Shown here piece after piece: positions 9,846 to 21,098 of a stretch of 58,330 nt of DNA; position 1 is the stretch's first letter, and each line of letters begins with the position of its first letter. The position numbers and the translations under genes were made by a program. Origin of the DNA: an uncultured delta proteobacterium (lineage in GTDB: Bacteria; Desulfobacterota; Binatia; UBA9968). The stretch lies in contig CAVWLW010000058.1 in assembly GCA_963755715.1 (NCBI GenBank), forward strand, positions 1 to 58,330. The letters run 5' to 3'. A model generated the notes under the pieces. The model worked only from the letters and a program-made list of their open reading frames with translations. It did not search any database and was not told the DNA's origin.

Positions 9846-10545
9846 ATGATCACTGTGCGCTTTGGGGATAAAAGGGGGCATTCCAGATTTGACTGGCTCG
9901 ACAGCCGTCACACGTTCTCGTTCGGCGACTATTATGATCCGCAAAATATGGGTTTCAGTCATCTGAGAGTGATCAATGAAGACCGGGTCGTTCCCGGCGC
10001 CGGGCTTTCCAACTCACTCGCACCGCGACATGGAAATCATCACCTATGTGCTCGAAGGCGCCTTAGCGCATAAAGACAGCACGGGCACGAGCTCCGTCAT
10101 TCGCGTCGGTGATGTGCAGCGAATGAGCGCGGGAACAGGCATCAGCCACAGCGAGTACAACGCGTCGCAAACCGAGCCCGTGCACTTCCTGCAGATTTGG
10201 ATCATCCCAGACGAGACAGGTTTGCCGCCGGGTTATGAACAGCGCGCTTTTTCACTCGATGAGCAGCGCGGCAAATGGACTCTTATCGCTGCGAAAGATG
10301 GGCGCGATGGTTCCGTCACCGTGCATCAGGACGTGGACGTCCGGGCCGCGCGTTTCTCTCCTGGAGAGCAGTTAAATTTTTCCCTCAAGCCAAGCCGCAA
10401 TATCTGGACACAAGTGGCGCGCGGTGCCGTGAAGCTTAATGGCATGTTACTGAACGCAGGCGATGGCGCGGCTATCAGCGAAGAAAGCGCGCTGGAGCTC
10501 AAGGCTCTCGATCACGCCGAGATTCTTGTATTCGATTTGGCTTGA
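9846..10545 (+). CDS. yhhW: Pirin family protein (YhhW-like; frameshift near 10005)
   Basis: [28 protein letters not shown] joined to [16 protein letters not shown]...MSAGTGI.HSE. Confidence 0.9.
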
Positions 10546-10618
10546 TAGGTAACATGCGATCAGGGCAGCGCTGCTCGATCGCGGAGCTCGGACGAAGATT
10601 CGACAGAAAAAAAATCAT

Positions 10619-12121
10619 ATGACTACAACCAACTATCCCTCAGACAGAACCGGCCTGCTGTTCGTCGACCCCTACAATGATTTTCTCAGCGAAGGCGGCA
10701 AGCTTTGGCCCTTGCTCAAAGAGATCGCCGAGGAAGAGCACCTTCTCGATCATCTGCGCCAGATCGTTGCGGCAGCGCGCGCTGCAAAGATTCAACTTTT
10801 CATCGTGCCGCATCATCGCTGGGAGCCGGGTGATTACGCTAAGTGGAGACACCCAAACCCAAGCCAGATCGCCTCGGGTAAACGGCAGACTTTTGCCAAA
10901 GGAACCTGGGGCGGTGAATGGCATCCGGACTTCGTGCCCCAGGAAGGCGACGTTATCATCAAGGAGCATTGGGCCCAGAGCGGCTTTGCCAATACCGATC
11001 TCGATCAACAGCTCAAACAGCACGGCATCGAAAACGTCATCGTGATCGGTTTGCTGGCGAACACTTGCATCGAGTCGACGTCCCGCTTCGCGATGGAACT
11101 CGGCTATTACGTCACGTTGGTGAAGGACGCAACGGCGGCATTCAATCGCGAGATGATGCGCGCGGCGCACGACCTGAACGGACCGACGTTCGCGCATGCG
11201 ATTCTTACGACTGAAGAACTGCTCGCCGCGTTGCCGCCGGTGTCTTCCCCTCGCTCGGTCGAGGCCAGCACAGCCGAGACTGGTTTTGCCGAGCGTTTCG
11301 CCGAGGTCAACGGAGTTCGACTGCGCTACCTCATCGGCGGCAAGGGCAGCCCAGTCGTTCTGCTGCACGGCTATGCCGAAACCAGTCACATGTGGCATCC
11401 GATCATGCCGCTGCTCGCCGAGCGTCACACTGTCATCGTTCCCGACCTGCGCGGTGCCGGCGGTTCGTCCAAGCCGGAGGCCGGCTACGACAAGAAGAAT
11501 ATGGCCGTCGACATCCACGAGTTGACCGCCTCGTTAGGATTGGATCGCGTGAGCATCGTCGGCCACGACATCGGATTGATGGTCGCTTACGCTTTCGCCG
11601 CGCAGTTTCCGCAGGCCACCGAGCGCGTGGTGCTGATGGACGCCTTTCTTCCCGGCATTGGGAACTGGAAAGACGTTTGGCTGCTGCGAGATCTTTGGCA
11701 TTTTCACTTCTATGGCGATGTGCCGCTGGCGCTGGTTCACGGGCGTGAGCGGACCTACTTCGAACACTTCTGGAACGACTTCGCTGCCGATCCGAAACAC
11801 TCGGTACCCGAGGCCGATCGGCGCATCTATGCACAAGCCTATGCGCAGCCTGGTGCCATGCGCGCTGGCTTCGAGTATTTCCGCAACTTCGAACGTGACG
11901 CGCAAGATTTCGCCCAGTTGGGCGCGAGCCCTCTCACAATGCCAGTGCTGGTGCTGACCGGCGAAAAGGCGAGCGGCAACTTCCTCATCGAGCAAGCCAA
12001 GCTGGTGGCATCCGATGTCCGAGGTCAGGTTGTCGCGGGCGCGGGGCACTGGCTGATGGAAGAAGCACCTCAGACGGTGATTCCGGCGATCCTCGATTTT
12101 ATCAACGGTGTGCCGAGTTGA
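10619..12121 (+). CDS. Isochorismatase-family cysteine hydrolase fused to an alpha/beta-fold (epoxide-hydrolase-like) hydrolase
   Basis: N-half: VDPYNDF, K-EHW, ANTCIEST. C-half: LLHGY, PDLRGAG, GHDIG, AGHWLMEE. It is a single 500-aa ORF. Confidence 0.85.
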   Translation: MTTTNYPSDRTGLLFVDPYNDFLSEGGKLWPLLKEIAEEEHLLDHLRQIVAAARAAKIQLFIVPHHRWEPGDYAKWRHPNPSQIASGKRQTFAKGTWGGEWHPDFVPQEGDVIIKEHWAQSGFANTDLDQQLKQHGIENVIVIGLLANTCIESTSRFAMELGYYVTLVKDATAAFNREMMRAAHDLNGPTFAHAILTTEELLAALPPVSSPRSVEASTAETGFAERFAEVNGVRLRYLIGGKGSPVVLLHGYAETSHMWHPIMPLLAERHTVIVPDLRGAGGSSKPEAGYDKKNMAVDIHELTASLGLDRVSIVGHDIGLMVAYAFAAQFPQATERVVLMDAFLPGIGNWKDVWLLRDLWHFHFYGDVPLALVHGRERTYFEHFWNDFAADPKHSVPEADRRIYAQAYAQPGAMRAGFEYFRNFERDAQDFAQLGASPLTMPVLVLTGEKASGNFLIEQAKLVASDVRGQVVAGAGHWLMEEAPQTVIPAILDFINGVPS

Positions 12122-12172
12122 GGTGAAGGGGTGCGGAATGGTGATATTCCATTCCATCCGCAGCTTCACAAC

Positions 12173-13492
12173 ATGAATAACAAAACCAAGATACTGATCC
12201 TCGGCGGTGGCTTCGGCGGGGTGTACACGGCGCTTCGACTCGACAAGACGCTTGCTCGACGCGCCGGCGTCGAAGTGACGTTGGTGAGCAGCGACAACTT
12301 CCTGCTGTTTACGCCGATGCTGCACGAAGTCGCGTCCGGCGACCTAAACCCGAGCGACATCGTGAACCCGATTCGCCGGATGCTCAAGCGGGTGCAGTTT
12401 GTCCAGGCCGACGTGCGGTCGATTGACTTGGCCGCGAAGCGGGTGCATTGCACCCGCGGCCTGCGCCCAGTTTCGCTCGACCTCGACTATGATCACCTCG
12501 TGCTCGCCTTGGGTTCGGAGACTAACTTTTTCGGGTTGCAAGGCGTGGCCGAAAACGCGGTGACGCTGAAGACCCTTGGCGACGCCGCACTGCTCCGCGC
12601 ACGCATACTTGCGATTCTGGAGATGGCGAGCCCCGAGCCCGAGGCCTCCGTTCGCAAGCGGATGCTGACGTTCGTCGTCGCTGGCGCTGGCTTCGCCGGT
12701 GTCGAGACCATCGGGGCCATAAACGACCTCGTTCACGAAGCTATCCGTTACTACCCGCAGCTCGCGCCACAAGAGGCGCGTGTCGTCCTGATCCATCCCG
12801 GCGAGGTTGTGTTGCCCGAACTCGGCGAAAAGCTCGGCCGTTACGCGCAGCAGAAGCTGGCCGAGCGCGGCGTGGAGATCTGCCCGAGGACGAAGGTGAC
12901 AGGTTACATCGATTCGCTCGTCACGATTTCATCGGGCGAAGCGATCCCTGCGGCAACGCTCATCTGGACCGCGGGAGTGACGCTCAACCCCGTGATCGCG
13001 CAGCTGCCGTGCAAGAAGGAAAAAGGGCGGATAATGGTCGACGAGTTTTTGGAGGTGCCGGGTTTCGTAGGCCTCTGGGCGATGGGCGATTGCGCCGCCG
13101 TGCCCGACGCCAAGACCGGCGGGCCGCAGCCGCCGACAGCGCAACACGCGCTGCGACAAGCCCGGCACGCAGCGAAGAATATCGAGGCGGTTCTCGCCGG
13201 CCGTCAGAAAAAGCCCTTCCGCTTCTCCACCATTGGTCAGCTCGCGTCGATCGGCCACCGGCACGGCGTCGCGAACATCCTCGGCATGAACTTCTCCGGC
13301 TTTATCGCCTGGCTCCTGTGGCGCAGCGTTTACCTGCTCAAGCTCCCGCGATTGGCGAAGAAGACGCGCGTTGCGCTCTCCTGGTTGCTGGAGATGATCT
13401 TCTCGAAGGACCTCGAGCAGATGCTGACCCTTCGGGACGTCGAGTTGATCTCACGCATCGCGACGTCACTGCGCAGTGATGTCGCCAAGTGA
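12173..13492 (+). CDS. ndh: Type II NADH dehydrogenase-like NAD(P)/FAD oxidoreductase
   Basis: ILGGGFGG, FLLFTPMLHEVA, VAGAGFAGVE, WAMGDCA, PPTAQHA, GFIAWLLWRSVYLLKLP. Confidence 0.85.
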   Translation: MNNKTKILILGGGFGGVYTALRLDKTLARRAGVEVTLVSSDNFLLFTPMLHEVASGDLNPSDIVNPIRRMLKRVQFVQADVRSIDLAAKRVHCTRGLRPVSLDLDYDHLVLALGSETNFFGLQGVAENAVTLKTLGDAALLRARILAILEMASPEPEASVRKRMLTFVVAGAGFAGVETIGAINDLVHEAIRYYPQLAPQEARVVLIHPGEVVLPELGEKLGRYAQQKLAERGVEICPRTKVTGYIDSLVTISSGEAIPAATLIWTAGVTLNPVIAQLPCKKEKGRIMVDEFLEVPGFVGLWAMGDCAAVPDAKTGGPQPPTAQHALRQARHAAKNIEAVLAGRQKKPFRFSTIGQLASIGHRHGVANILGMNFSGFIAWLLWRSVYLLKLPRLAKKTRVALSWLLEMIFSKDLEQMLTLRDVELISRIATSLRSDVAK

Positions 13493-13513
13493 AATGTACG
13501 AGGAGGTTGAAAG

Positions 13514-13621
13514 ATGTCGAGAAGAACCGTAGCGAACGTTGCCTGGTCAACGGGGCGGACATCGTGGATCTTTTTGCGAGAGAGAGCCGTCGCGAGCCCG
13601 GCAGCGGCGGCGCGTAGCTGA
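13514..13621 (+). CDS. Possible 35-aa small ORF or gene remnant
   Basis: A perfect AGGAGG RBS sits 7 nt before the ATG, and the ORF fills the gap between ndh and the next gene. No recognisable homology. Confidence 0.3.
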   Translation: MSRRTVANVAWSTGRTSWIFLRERAVASPAAAARS

Positions 13622-13628
13622 GGCAACT

Positions 13629-14075
13629 ATGGATGCCGCTATTATCACTGCAGTCGCTGCTGTCTCGGGCTCGATAGTAGGTGGACTCGCTTCGTTCGCG
13701 ACGACCTACTTCACCCAACGCAACCAGGCGCACCGCGACTTCCTGTCACGAGATGTGGCGCATCGCGAGGAGCTGTATGCGCAGTTCATCAAAGAAGCGA
13801 CGAACCTGTACGTCGATTCGCTGGATAAACCCCTGACGAACCCGACTGCGCTTATCGGCATGTATTCGCTGGTCGGTCGCATCAGACTGGTCGGCAGGGA
13901 CAAGGTGCTGTTAGCTGCGGAAAAGGTCATGGACACCATTATCGATTCTTATAATCGTCCGCCGATAAAATTTGAGGACGTATACAAGGTATGGCGTGAA
14001 GAACACGTTGATCCGCTCAAGGAGTTCACCGAGGCATGCCGAGAAGAGCTAAAGCTTATGCTCAAGCTCCTATAG
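13629..14075 (+). CDS. Hypothetical protein with an N-terminal membrane helix
   Basis: GAGG RBS; MDAAIITAVAAVSGSIVGGLASFATTYFTQR followed by a helical soluble domain. Confidence 0.75.
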   Translation: MDAAIITAVAAVSGSIVGGLASFATTYFTQRNQAHRDFLSRDVAHREELYAQFIKEATNLYVDSLDKPLTNPTALIGMYSLVGRIRLVGRDKVLLAAEKVMDTIIDSYNRPPIKFEDVYKVWREEHVDPLKEFTEACREELKLMLKLL

Positions 14076-14179
14076 GTGTGGCAACAGAGTTGAGCGCGGC
14101 ATGCCGTGACAGAGAAGTTGGTCGATGCGGAAAGATACAAAGTGTTCATCGCAGCTTAAAAATTATTGGCAACAATTGA

Positions 14180-15478
14180 GTGATTGATAAAAAGGTGGCG
14201 AGGATTCGCATGCGCATGAAATGCAGTGATGAGTGGTTCGTTGTTAAATTTTGTCCAATCGACAGGCCCGTGAAACGCCGTCCACGTTTCTGGCAGGTCG
14301 TTGCGAGCGTGATTCTGCTGAGTTCAATCGGCTGTGGGAAATCCGAGCAACCGCAGGCGCGTCCGCCGGAAGTCGAGGTGGTTCGGGTCGAGCAAAAGGA
14401 TGTTCCTATCTGGAACGAGTGGGTCGGCACTTTGGAAGGGTTGGTCAATGCACAGATCAAGCCGCAGGTAACAGGCTATCTACTCCGCCAGACCTATCAA
14501 GAAGGCTCTTTTGTGAAAAAGGGCCAGTTGCTGTTTGAGATCGATCCGAGAACTTTTCAGGCGGCCCTGGATCAAACCAAAGCGCAGCTCGCCAATGCTG
14601 AAGGGCAGCTCGCGCAAGCCGAGGCGAATCAAGTCAAAGCCCAGCTCGACGTGAATCGCTACACGCCGCTGGCCAAAGAGCAGGCGGTCAGCCAGCAAGA
14701 CCTCGACAACGCCGTTCAAGGGAATGTCGCAGCCCAGGCGCAAGTCCGGGCGGCCAAGGCTCAAATCGATGCGGCGACGGCCCAGATGGCTGCGGCTCAG
14801 CTCAATCTGGGCTTTACCAAAATCGTCTCCCTGATCGACGGCATTGTCGGCGTCGCTCAAGCACAGATCGGGGATCTCGTGGGGCCAACCAGTTTGCTAA
14901 CGACTGTGTCCACGCTTGACCCGATCAAGGTCTACTTTCCCGTGAGCGAACGGGGATATCTCAATTATATTAAGGAAAATCCGGATGCGGTGAAACGCGC
15001 CGAGCAAGAGAGACACTTAGGGCTGGAAATGATTTTGGCTGACGGATCGCGTTACCCCCACGAAGGCAGTTTTTCTTTCGCAGACCGCCAGGTGGATGTG
15101 AAGACCGGAACGCTACGGCTGCAGGGACTGTTTCCCAATCCGGGGAATATCCTTCGCCCCGGCCAGTTCGCCCGCGTACGGGCGATCACTACGACAAAAA
15201 AAGGCGCCCTCCTTGTTCCCCAGCGCGCGGTGACAGAGCTGCAAGGCGGCTATCAAGTGGCCGTCGTGGGCAAAGATAACAAGGTTGAGATCAGGCCTGT
15301 CAAAGTCGGGGAGCGTATTGGTCCGCAATGGATCATTGAGGCGGGGTTGAAGCCGGGCGAGCGAGTTGTCGCCGAGGGGGTCCAGAGGGTGAAAGCGGGC
15401 ATGACGGTCAACCCTAAGCCGCTCAAAGCGATGACCGAAGCCAAATCCACGCCCACAGCCAACTCGCAGCCGAGGTAA
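14180..15478 (+). CDS. RND efflux periplasmic adaptor subunit (true start probably GTG 14270)
   Basis: Lipobox SIGC, IKPQVTGYL...EGSFVKKGQLLFEIDP, a coiled coil, and LRPGQFARV. Confidence 0.92.
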   Translation: MIDKKVARIRMRMKCSDEWFVVKFCPIDRPVKRRPRFWQVVASVILLSSIGCGKSEQPQARPPEVEVVRVEQKDVPIWNEWVGTLEGLVNAQIKPQVTGYLLRQTYQEGSFVKKGQLLFEIDPRTFQAALDQTKAQLANAEGQLAQAEANQVKAQLDVNRYTPLAKEQAVSQQDLDNAVQGNVAAQAQVRAAKAQIDAATAQMAAAQLNLGFTKIVSLIDGIVGVAQAQIGDLVGPTSLLTTVSTLDPIKVYFPVSERGYLNYIKENPDAVKRAEQERHLGLEMILADGSRYPHEGSFSFADRQVDVKTGTLRLQGLFPNPGNILRPGQFARVRAITTTKKGALLVPQRAVTELQGGYQVAVVGKDNKVEIRPVKVGERIGPQWIIEAGLKPGERVVAEGVQRVKAGMTVNPKPLKAMTEAKSTPTANSQPR

Positions 15479-15481
15479 AAT

Positions 15482-18400
15482 ATGGCCAAATTTTTCGTGA
15501 ACCACCCGATCATTGCGATCGTCATTTCCATCCTGCTGGTGATCGTCGGCATCGTTTCTATCGTGCGGCTGCCGATCGCTCAATATCCCGAGCTCGCGCC
15601 GCCGGAAATCCTTTTGACGGCGACCTACGTCGGCGCCGATGCCGAAACCGTCGAGCAGTCGGTGGCAACGCCGATCGAGCAGCAAATGCAGGGCGTCGAC
15701 AACATGATCTACATGACCTCCGTCAACGCCAGTAGCGGACTCATGCGGCTGCGGGTCGATTTCAACGTCGGCACAGACGCAAACACCGACCAAATCCTCA
15801 CACAGATGCGTTACCTTCAGGCCGAATCGCAGCTCCCGCTTGACGTCCGCAACCAGGGTGTCACGATTCGCAAATCGCCCACGAGCCCTCTGGCGCTGTT
15901 CTCTCTCTACTCGCCCAAGGGAACGTATGACGCAACGTTTCTCGCCAATTACGCGTACATCAACATCAACGATCCGATGAGCCGCGTGCCTGGTATCGGC
16001 CAGGTAACTATCTTCGGCGCCGGCCAGTACGCAATGCGTTTCTGGGTGCGACCGGACACGCTCGCGAGCCTCGGCATCACGGTCAGCGACATTGCCGCGG
16101 CCCTCACGAACCAAAACAAGGTGAACCCGTCGGGCCAGATCGGCGCGGAGCCTGTACCGCGCGGGCAGCAGTTCACCTATACGGTTCGGGCGCAGGGCCG
16201 TCTCTTGACCGCCGAGGAATTTGGCGACGTGGTCGTGCGCGCCAATCCGGACGGTTCGATTGTGCGGATGAAGGATGTCGCCCGGGTGGAGCTCGGAGCT
16301 CAGAGTCGTACAACCAGATCGGCCGCCTGAACGGCAATCCGTCGGCGATCATCGCCGTCTACCAGTTGCCCGGCTCCAACGCCATCGACACGATGAATCG
16401 CGCGAAGCAGTTGATGGATGAATTGAAAACCCGGTTTCCGGAAGACCTCGAATACACTGTCTCCCTCGATACGACTCTCGCGGTATCCGAGGGGATCAAA
16501 GAGATCGTCCAGACGCTCGTCGAGGCGCTGATCCTGGTGGTCCTCGTGGTGTTTATCTTCCTGCAGAACTGGCGCGCCACTCTGATTCCTCTCCTCGCAG
16601 TACCGGTTTCGCTGGTTGGCACTTTCGCTGTTTTCCCCTTGCTCGGTTTCTCGATCAATACTCTGTCATTGTTCGGTCTGGTCCTGGCCATCGGGCTCGT
16701 GGTCGACGATGCGATTGTCGTCGTCGAGGCCGTCGAGCAACACATCGAACACGGGCTTTCGCCGCGCGATGCGACTCTTAAAGCCATGGAAGAAGTTTCC
16801 GGCCCCATTGTAGCGATCGCGCTGGTTCTCGCTGCCGTATTTTTACCGGCCGCATTCGTCGGAGGCATTACGGGGCGACTTAATAATCAGTTCGCCGTGA
16901 CCATTGCGATCTCAACTCTGATCTCGGCGTTCAACGCCCTGACGCTTTCACCGGCGCTCGCGGCGTTGCTGCTGAAGCCGGGAAAGCAATCGCGCGGGCT
17001 GCTCGGCTGGTTCTTCGAGCGTTTTAACTCGGGATTTGGCAAAGTCATGCACGTCTATCTCGTCGGCAGCGACGTGCTGCTCCACAAGGTAGTGTTTTCG
17101 GTTTTGTTGCTGGTTGTGGTCGCTCTTGCCGCGGGCTTTTTTGGTTCGCGCCTCCCCACCGGATTGCTGCCGGAAGAAGATCAGGGATACTTTTTCCTCA
17201 ACGTGCAACTGCCGACGGCGGCATCATTACAGCGGACGGACGATGTCGCCAAAAAAATCGAAGCGATTCTGAAAGACACTCCGGGTGTTCAGACGTACAA
17301 CACGGTTGTCGGCTTCAGCCTTTTGAGCTTTGTAAATGCCACCTACAACGCATTTTATTTTGTCACGCTCAAGCCGTGGGGTGAGCGCGGCTCAGGATTG
17401 ACCGCGGACGCCATCCTGCGGAATCTGAACCAGCGGCTCGCGGCAGTTCCCGACGCGCAAATATTCGGGTTTCCACCTCCGGCGATTCCCGGCATCGGCA
17501 CCTCCGGCGGAGCGACATTCATGCTTGAAGATCGATCGGGACAGGGCGTTGAGTTCCTGGCGCAAAACACTGATCGCTTCCTTCAGGCGGCGCGCCAGCG
17601 GCCGGAGTTTGCGTCCCTGACGAGCACGTTTATCCCAAGCGCGCCGCAAGTTTTCGCAGATGTCGATCGTGACAAGGTCCTCAAACAGGGTGTGGATCTG
17701 GATTCGGTCTATCAGACGCTCCAGACGTTCATGGGAGGACTCTTTGTCAACTATTTCAACCGTTTCGGGCGGGTGTGGCAGGTGTACGTGCAGGCGGAAG
17801 GAGAATTTCGCACGGAAGCGGACAACGTTGGGCTCTTCCGGGTTCGGAACAATGACGGAGACCCCGTGCCCCTCTCGACGGTCGTGACGATGAAAACGAC
17901 GTCGGGTCCGGAATTTACGTTACGCTTTAATGGTTACAGGGCGGCACAAATCAATGGCAGTCTCGCGCCGGGTTACAGTTCCGGCCAGGGTAGGCAGGCG
18001 CTGGAAGAAGTATTCGCTCAAACGATGCCGCGGGAAATGGGCTTCGACTACTCGGGCATGTCATTCCAGGAGCAAGCCGCAGACAAGGGTGTGTCCGCAG
18101 CCACGATTTTCGGGTTTTCGCTGCTTTTTGTGTTTCTCATTCTTGCCGCGCTCTACGAGAGTTGGTCGCTGCCGTTCGCGATTCTTTTGACGGTTCCGAT
18201 CGCGGTACTCGGCGCGTTCAGTGGTTTATGGCTGCGCCATTTTCCTTTCGATGCCTACTCGCAAGTCGGTCTGATCGTGCTCATCGGGCTGGCGGCGAAG
18301 AATGCGATACTGATCGTCGAATTCGCGAAGATCGAGTTCGAGAAGGGACGAAGTCTGATCGACGCGGCGCTGGAAGGAATGAGGATACGCCGTCGGGCAA

Positions 18401-18633
18401 TATTCATGACATCGCTCGCGTTCATTCTAGGATGCGTGCCGTTGTGGATCGCTTCGGGCGCGGGGAGCTCAGCGCGCCAAATACTGGGCACCGTAGTGAT
18501 CATGGGAATGGCCTTTGACACGCTGTTCGCGAGCTTACTCATTCCGGTTTCGTTCTACGCGATAGAGCGACTCGCGCGCCGTGGTCAGGAGCATGCGGTC
18601 CCAGTGCAGCAACCCGCGCCCGAAGTGGGGTGA
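15482..18633 (+). CDS. RND efflux permease (HAE1/AcrB family; one frameshift near 16305)
   Basis: [38 protein letters not shown] and [14 protein letters not shown]. The two ORFs add up to about 1050 aa. Confidence 0.92.
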
Positions 18634-18640
18634 CGCAATA

Positions 18641-20068
18641 ATGATCCGACATCTGAATATGAGAGCGCGCCGGTGGGCGACGATAATGTTGATGGTGCTT
18701 CTGAGCGGCTGCATGGTCGGCCCGGATTACCAGCGGCCTGCCGTGACAACGCCGGATTCATTCCGCGGCGCCTCTGCTGCGATACCTCCCGACCAGCAAT
18801 CCATTGGCGAGCTTAAATGGTTCGAAGTTTTCCAAGACGAACAGCTCCAGGAATTGATCCGCACGGCGCTGCAGCAGAATTACGATCTGCGGGATGCGGT
18901 TGCGCGCGTCGACGCGGCGCGCGCCAACCTCGGCATCACACAAGCGGATCAGTACCCGAACTTCGGCATCGGGGCCGATGTTCCCTCTCGCGAGTTATCG
19001 CGGCAGGGAGAATTTACCATCCCCAGGGGAACCAGCCGCCAGCGCACATATGGTGAGGTCTTCCTAAACCTTTTCAGCTTCGAGATCGACATCTGGGGTC
19101 GCTTGCGCCGGGCGACGGAAGCATCGCGCGCCGATTTGTTGCGCGCGGACTGGACGCGAAAAGCGGTGGTCACGACCCTGATCAGCGACGTGGCCACCGC
19201 CTATTTCAGCCTTCTCGAACTGGATGCGGAATTGGAGATTGCAAAGAACACTTTAGCCACGCGTTCCGAATCGCTTCGTTTGATCAAGCTTCAACTGCAA
19301 GGCGGGGTGGGCACGCTTTTAGACGTGCGACAGGGAGAGCAACTAGTTTATAGCGCCGCGCAGACGATCCCGGACGCAGAGCGTCAAATAGAGCAAACCG
19401 AAAATCAAATCAGTTATTTGCTCGGCCGCAATCCAGAATCCATATCACGAAGCCATCTGCTAACGGAGCAGCAAACACCTCCGGAAGTGCCCGCCGGCTT
19501 GCCGTCAAAACTTTTAGAGAGGCGCCCGGATATTCAAGCCGCGGAGCAAAACCTGATCGCGGCCAACGCCATCATCGGCGTGGCAAAGGCCGCCTATTTT
19601 CCGCAGATCACGCTGACCGGGGAGTTCGGCTATCAAAGCACGGCGCTGGCGAATTTGTTCACGGGCTCACGAAGAATATGGAGTTTCATCCCTCAGATTA
19701 CCCAGCCGATCTTCGAAGGCGGACGGATCACCTCCGGTGTAGAGCTGGCTGAAGCGCAACAGCGCAGCGCGCTGGCGCAATACGAAGGGGCCGTTCAAGC
19801 CGGATTTCGCGACGTCTCGGATGCGCTGGTCCAGTTCCAACGCATTAGGGAGATCCGTGCGCAACAGGAGTTGCTGGTCACCGCGTTGCAAGACCGAAAG
19901 CGCTTGGCTTACATGCGATTTCGCGGCGGCGTGGATACGATGCTCAATGCTCTAAATTCGGACCAGGATCTATTCGTCGCTGAAGTGAGCCTGACCCAAA
20001 CCAGGCGCGACGAGCTGCTTTCACTGGTTCAGCTCTACAAAGCTCTCGGGGGAGGATGGCAGGAATGA
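18641..20068 (+). CDS. Efflux outer membrane lipoprotein (NodT/OprM family)
   Basis: LSGCMVGPDY lipobox, EIDIWGRLRR, LLERRPDI, LYKALGGGW. Confidence 0.93.
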   Translation: MIRHLNMRARRWATIMLMVLLSGCMVGPDYQRPAVTTPDSFRGASAAIPPDQQSIGELKWFEVFQDEQLQELIRTALQQNYDLRDAVARVDAARANLGITQADQYPNFGIGADVPSRELSRQGEFTIPRGTSRQRTYGEVFLNLFSFEIDIWGRLRRATEASRADLLRADWTRKAVVTTLISDVATAYFSLLELDAELEIAKNTLATRSESLRLIKLQLQGGVGTLLDVRQGEQLVYSAAQTIPDAERQIEQTENQISYLLGRNPESISRSHLLTEQQTPPEVPAGLPSKLLERRPDIQAAEQNLIAANAIIGVAKAAYFPQITLTGEFGYQSTALANLFTGSRRIWSFIPQITQPIFEGGRITSGVELAEAQQRSALAQYEGAVQAGFRDVSDALVQFQRIREIRAQQELLVTALQDRKRLAYMRFRGGVDTMLNALNSDQDLFVAEVSLTQTRRDELLSLVQLYKALGGGWQE

Positions 20069-20100
20069 AGCCTTCTCAACTGAAGAAAAGATATATCACC

Positions 20101-20190
20101 ATGATGACCAGACGAATGTTCTCGATGTCGATTCTTGCTGGAGCGGCAACGGCGCTGCTGCTCACGAAAAGAAACGGCCTAGAACGATAA
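20101..20190 (+). pseudogene. Isolated twin-arginine-like signal peptide (gene remnant)
   Basis: MMTRRMFSMSILAGAATALLL then a stop after 29 codons. Confidence 0.4.
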
Positions 20191-20227
20191 CCGATCTCAG
20201 TTGCGATTTTACTGTGGAGTGATTTCT

Positions 20228-21016
20228 ATGAACCTAGAACTCAATAAAAAAACCGCCGTGATTTCAGGATCCACCAAAGGCATCGGCTTCGCGGTTGCCC
20301 GCCAGCTCGCCGCAGAAGGTGCGCATGTCATTGTGAACGGACGCACCGACAAAGCCGTCACGTCGGCCTTGGAGCAAATTCAGAAAGCTGTGCCAACTGC
20401 CAATGTCGAGGGGTTTGCTGGAGATCTTTCCACGGCGGAGGCGGCCGAAGAACTGCTCAAAGGTTTTCCGGCAGTGGATATTCTCGTTAACAACCTGGGA
20501 ATTTATGAGCCCAAACCTTTCGAGGAAATTTCCGACGGAGAATGGCGGCGATACTTCGAGATCAATGTCCTCAGCGGCGTTCGCCTCAGTCGCGCCTATC
20601 TTTCCGGCATGATGCAACGGCAGTGGGGGCGGATCATTTTCATCAGCAGCGAGAGCGCTGTTAACACTCCCAAGGAAATGATTCATTACGGCATGACGAA
20701 GACAGCTCAACTGGCAGTTTCTCGCGGCTTGGCTCAGTCCTGTGCTGGGACGGGTGTGACCGTGAATGCCATCCTGCCGGGACCGACTCATTCCGCCGGC
20801 GTGGAAGAGTTTGTGACGCAACTTGGTGGCGGCCAATCTTTTGAGACTTTTGAGAAGGAGTTTTTCACGAGTCATCGACCGAGCTCCCTCATCCAGCGAT
20901 TTGAGACCCCAGATGAAATTGCTAGTTTGGTGACATTTGTTTGCAGTCCAGTCGCTTCGGCCATCACCGGCGCAGCCCTGCGTGTGGATGGTGGCGTAGT
21001 TCAGTCATGTTTTTAA
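20228..21016 (+). CDS. SDR family oxidoreductase
   Basis: SGSTKGIG, VNNLG, HYGMTK, RVDGG. Confidence 0.92.
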   Translation: MNLELNKKTAVISGSTKGIGFAVARQLAAEGAHVIVNGRTDKAVTSALEQIQKAVPTANVEGFAGDLSTAEAAEELLKGFPAVDILVNNLGIYEPKPFEEISDGEWRRYFEINVLSGVRLSRAYLSGMMQRQWGRIIFISSESAVNTPKEMIHYGMTKTAQLAVSRGLAQSCAGTGVTVNAILPGPTHSAGVEEFVTQLGGGQSFETFEKEFFTSHRPSSLIQRFETPDEIASLVTFVCSPVASAITGAALRVDGGVVQSCF

Positions 21017-21098
21017 CGATGACAATCAAAAGAAAGAGAAATTCGATGAACACCATCGGATCAAGGTCTGAATTTCCCAAACCTCAAATCACCCAGCT

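Noticed and set aside
14079-14094. Possible sigma54 promoter before the RND operon (TGGCAACAGAGTTGAG)
   Set aside because: The -12 element reads GA rather than the near-invariant GC.
14180-20068. RND efflux triad as a novel system
   Set aside because: It is an ordinary HAE1 adaptor-permease-OMF operon, and the split permease is a single indel.
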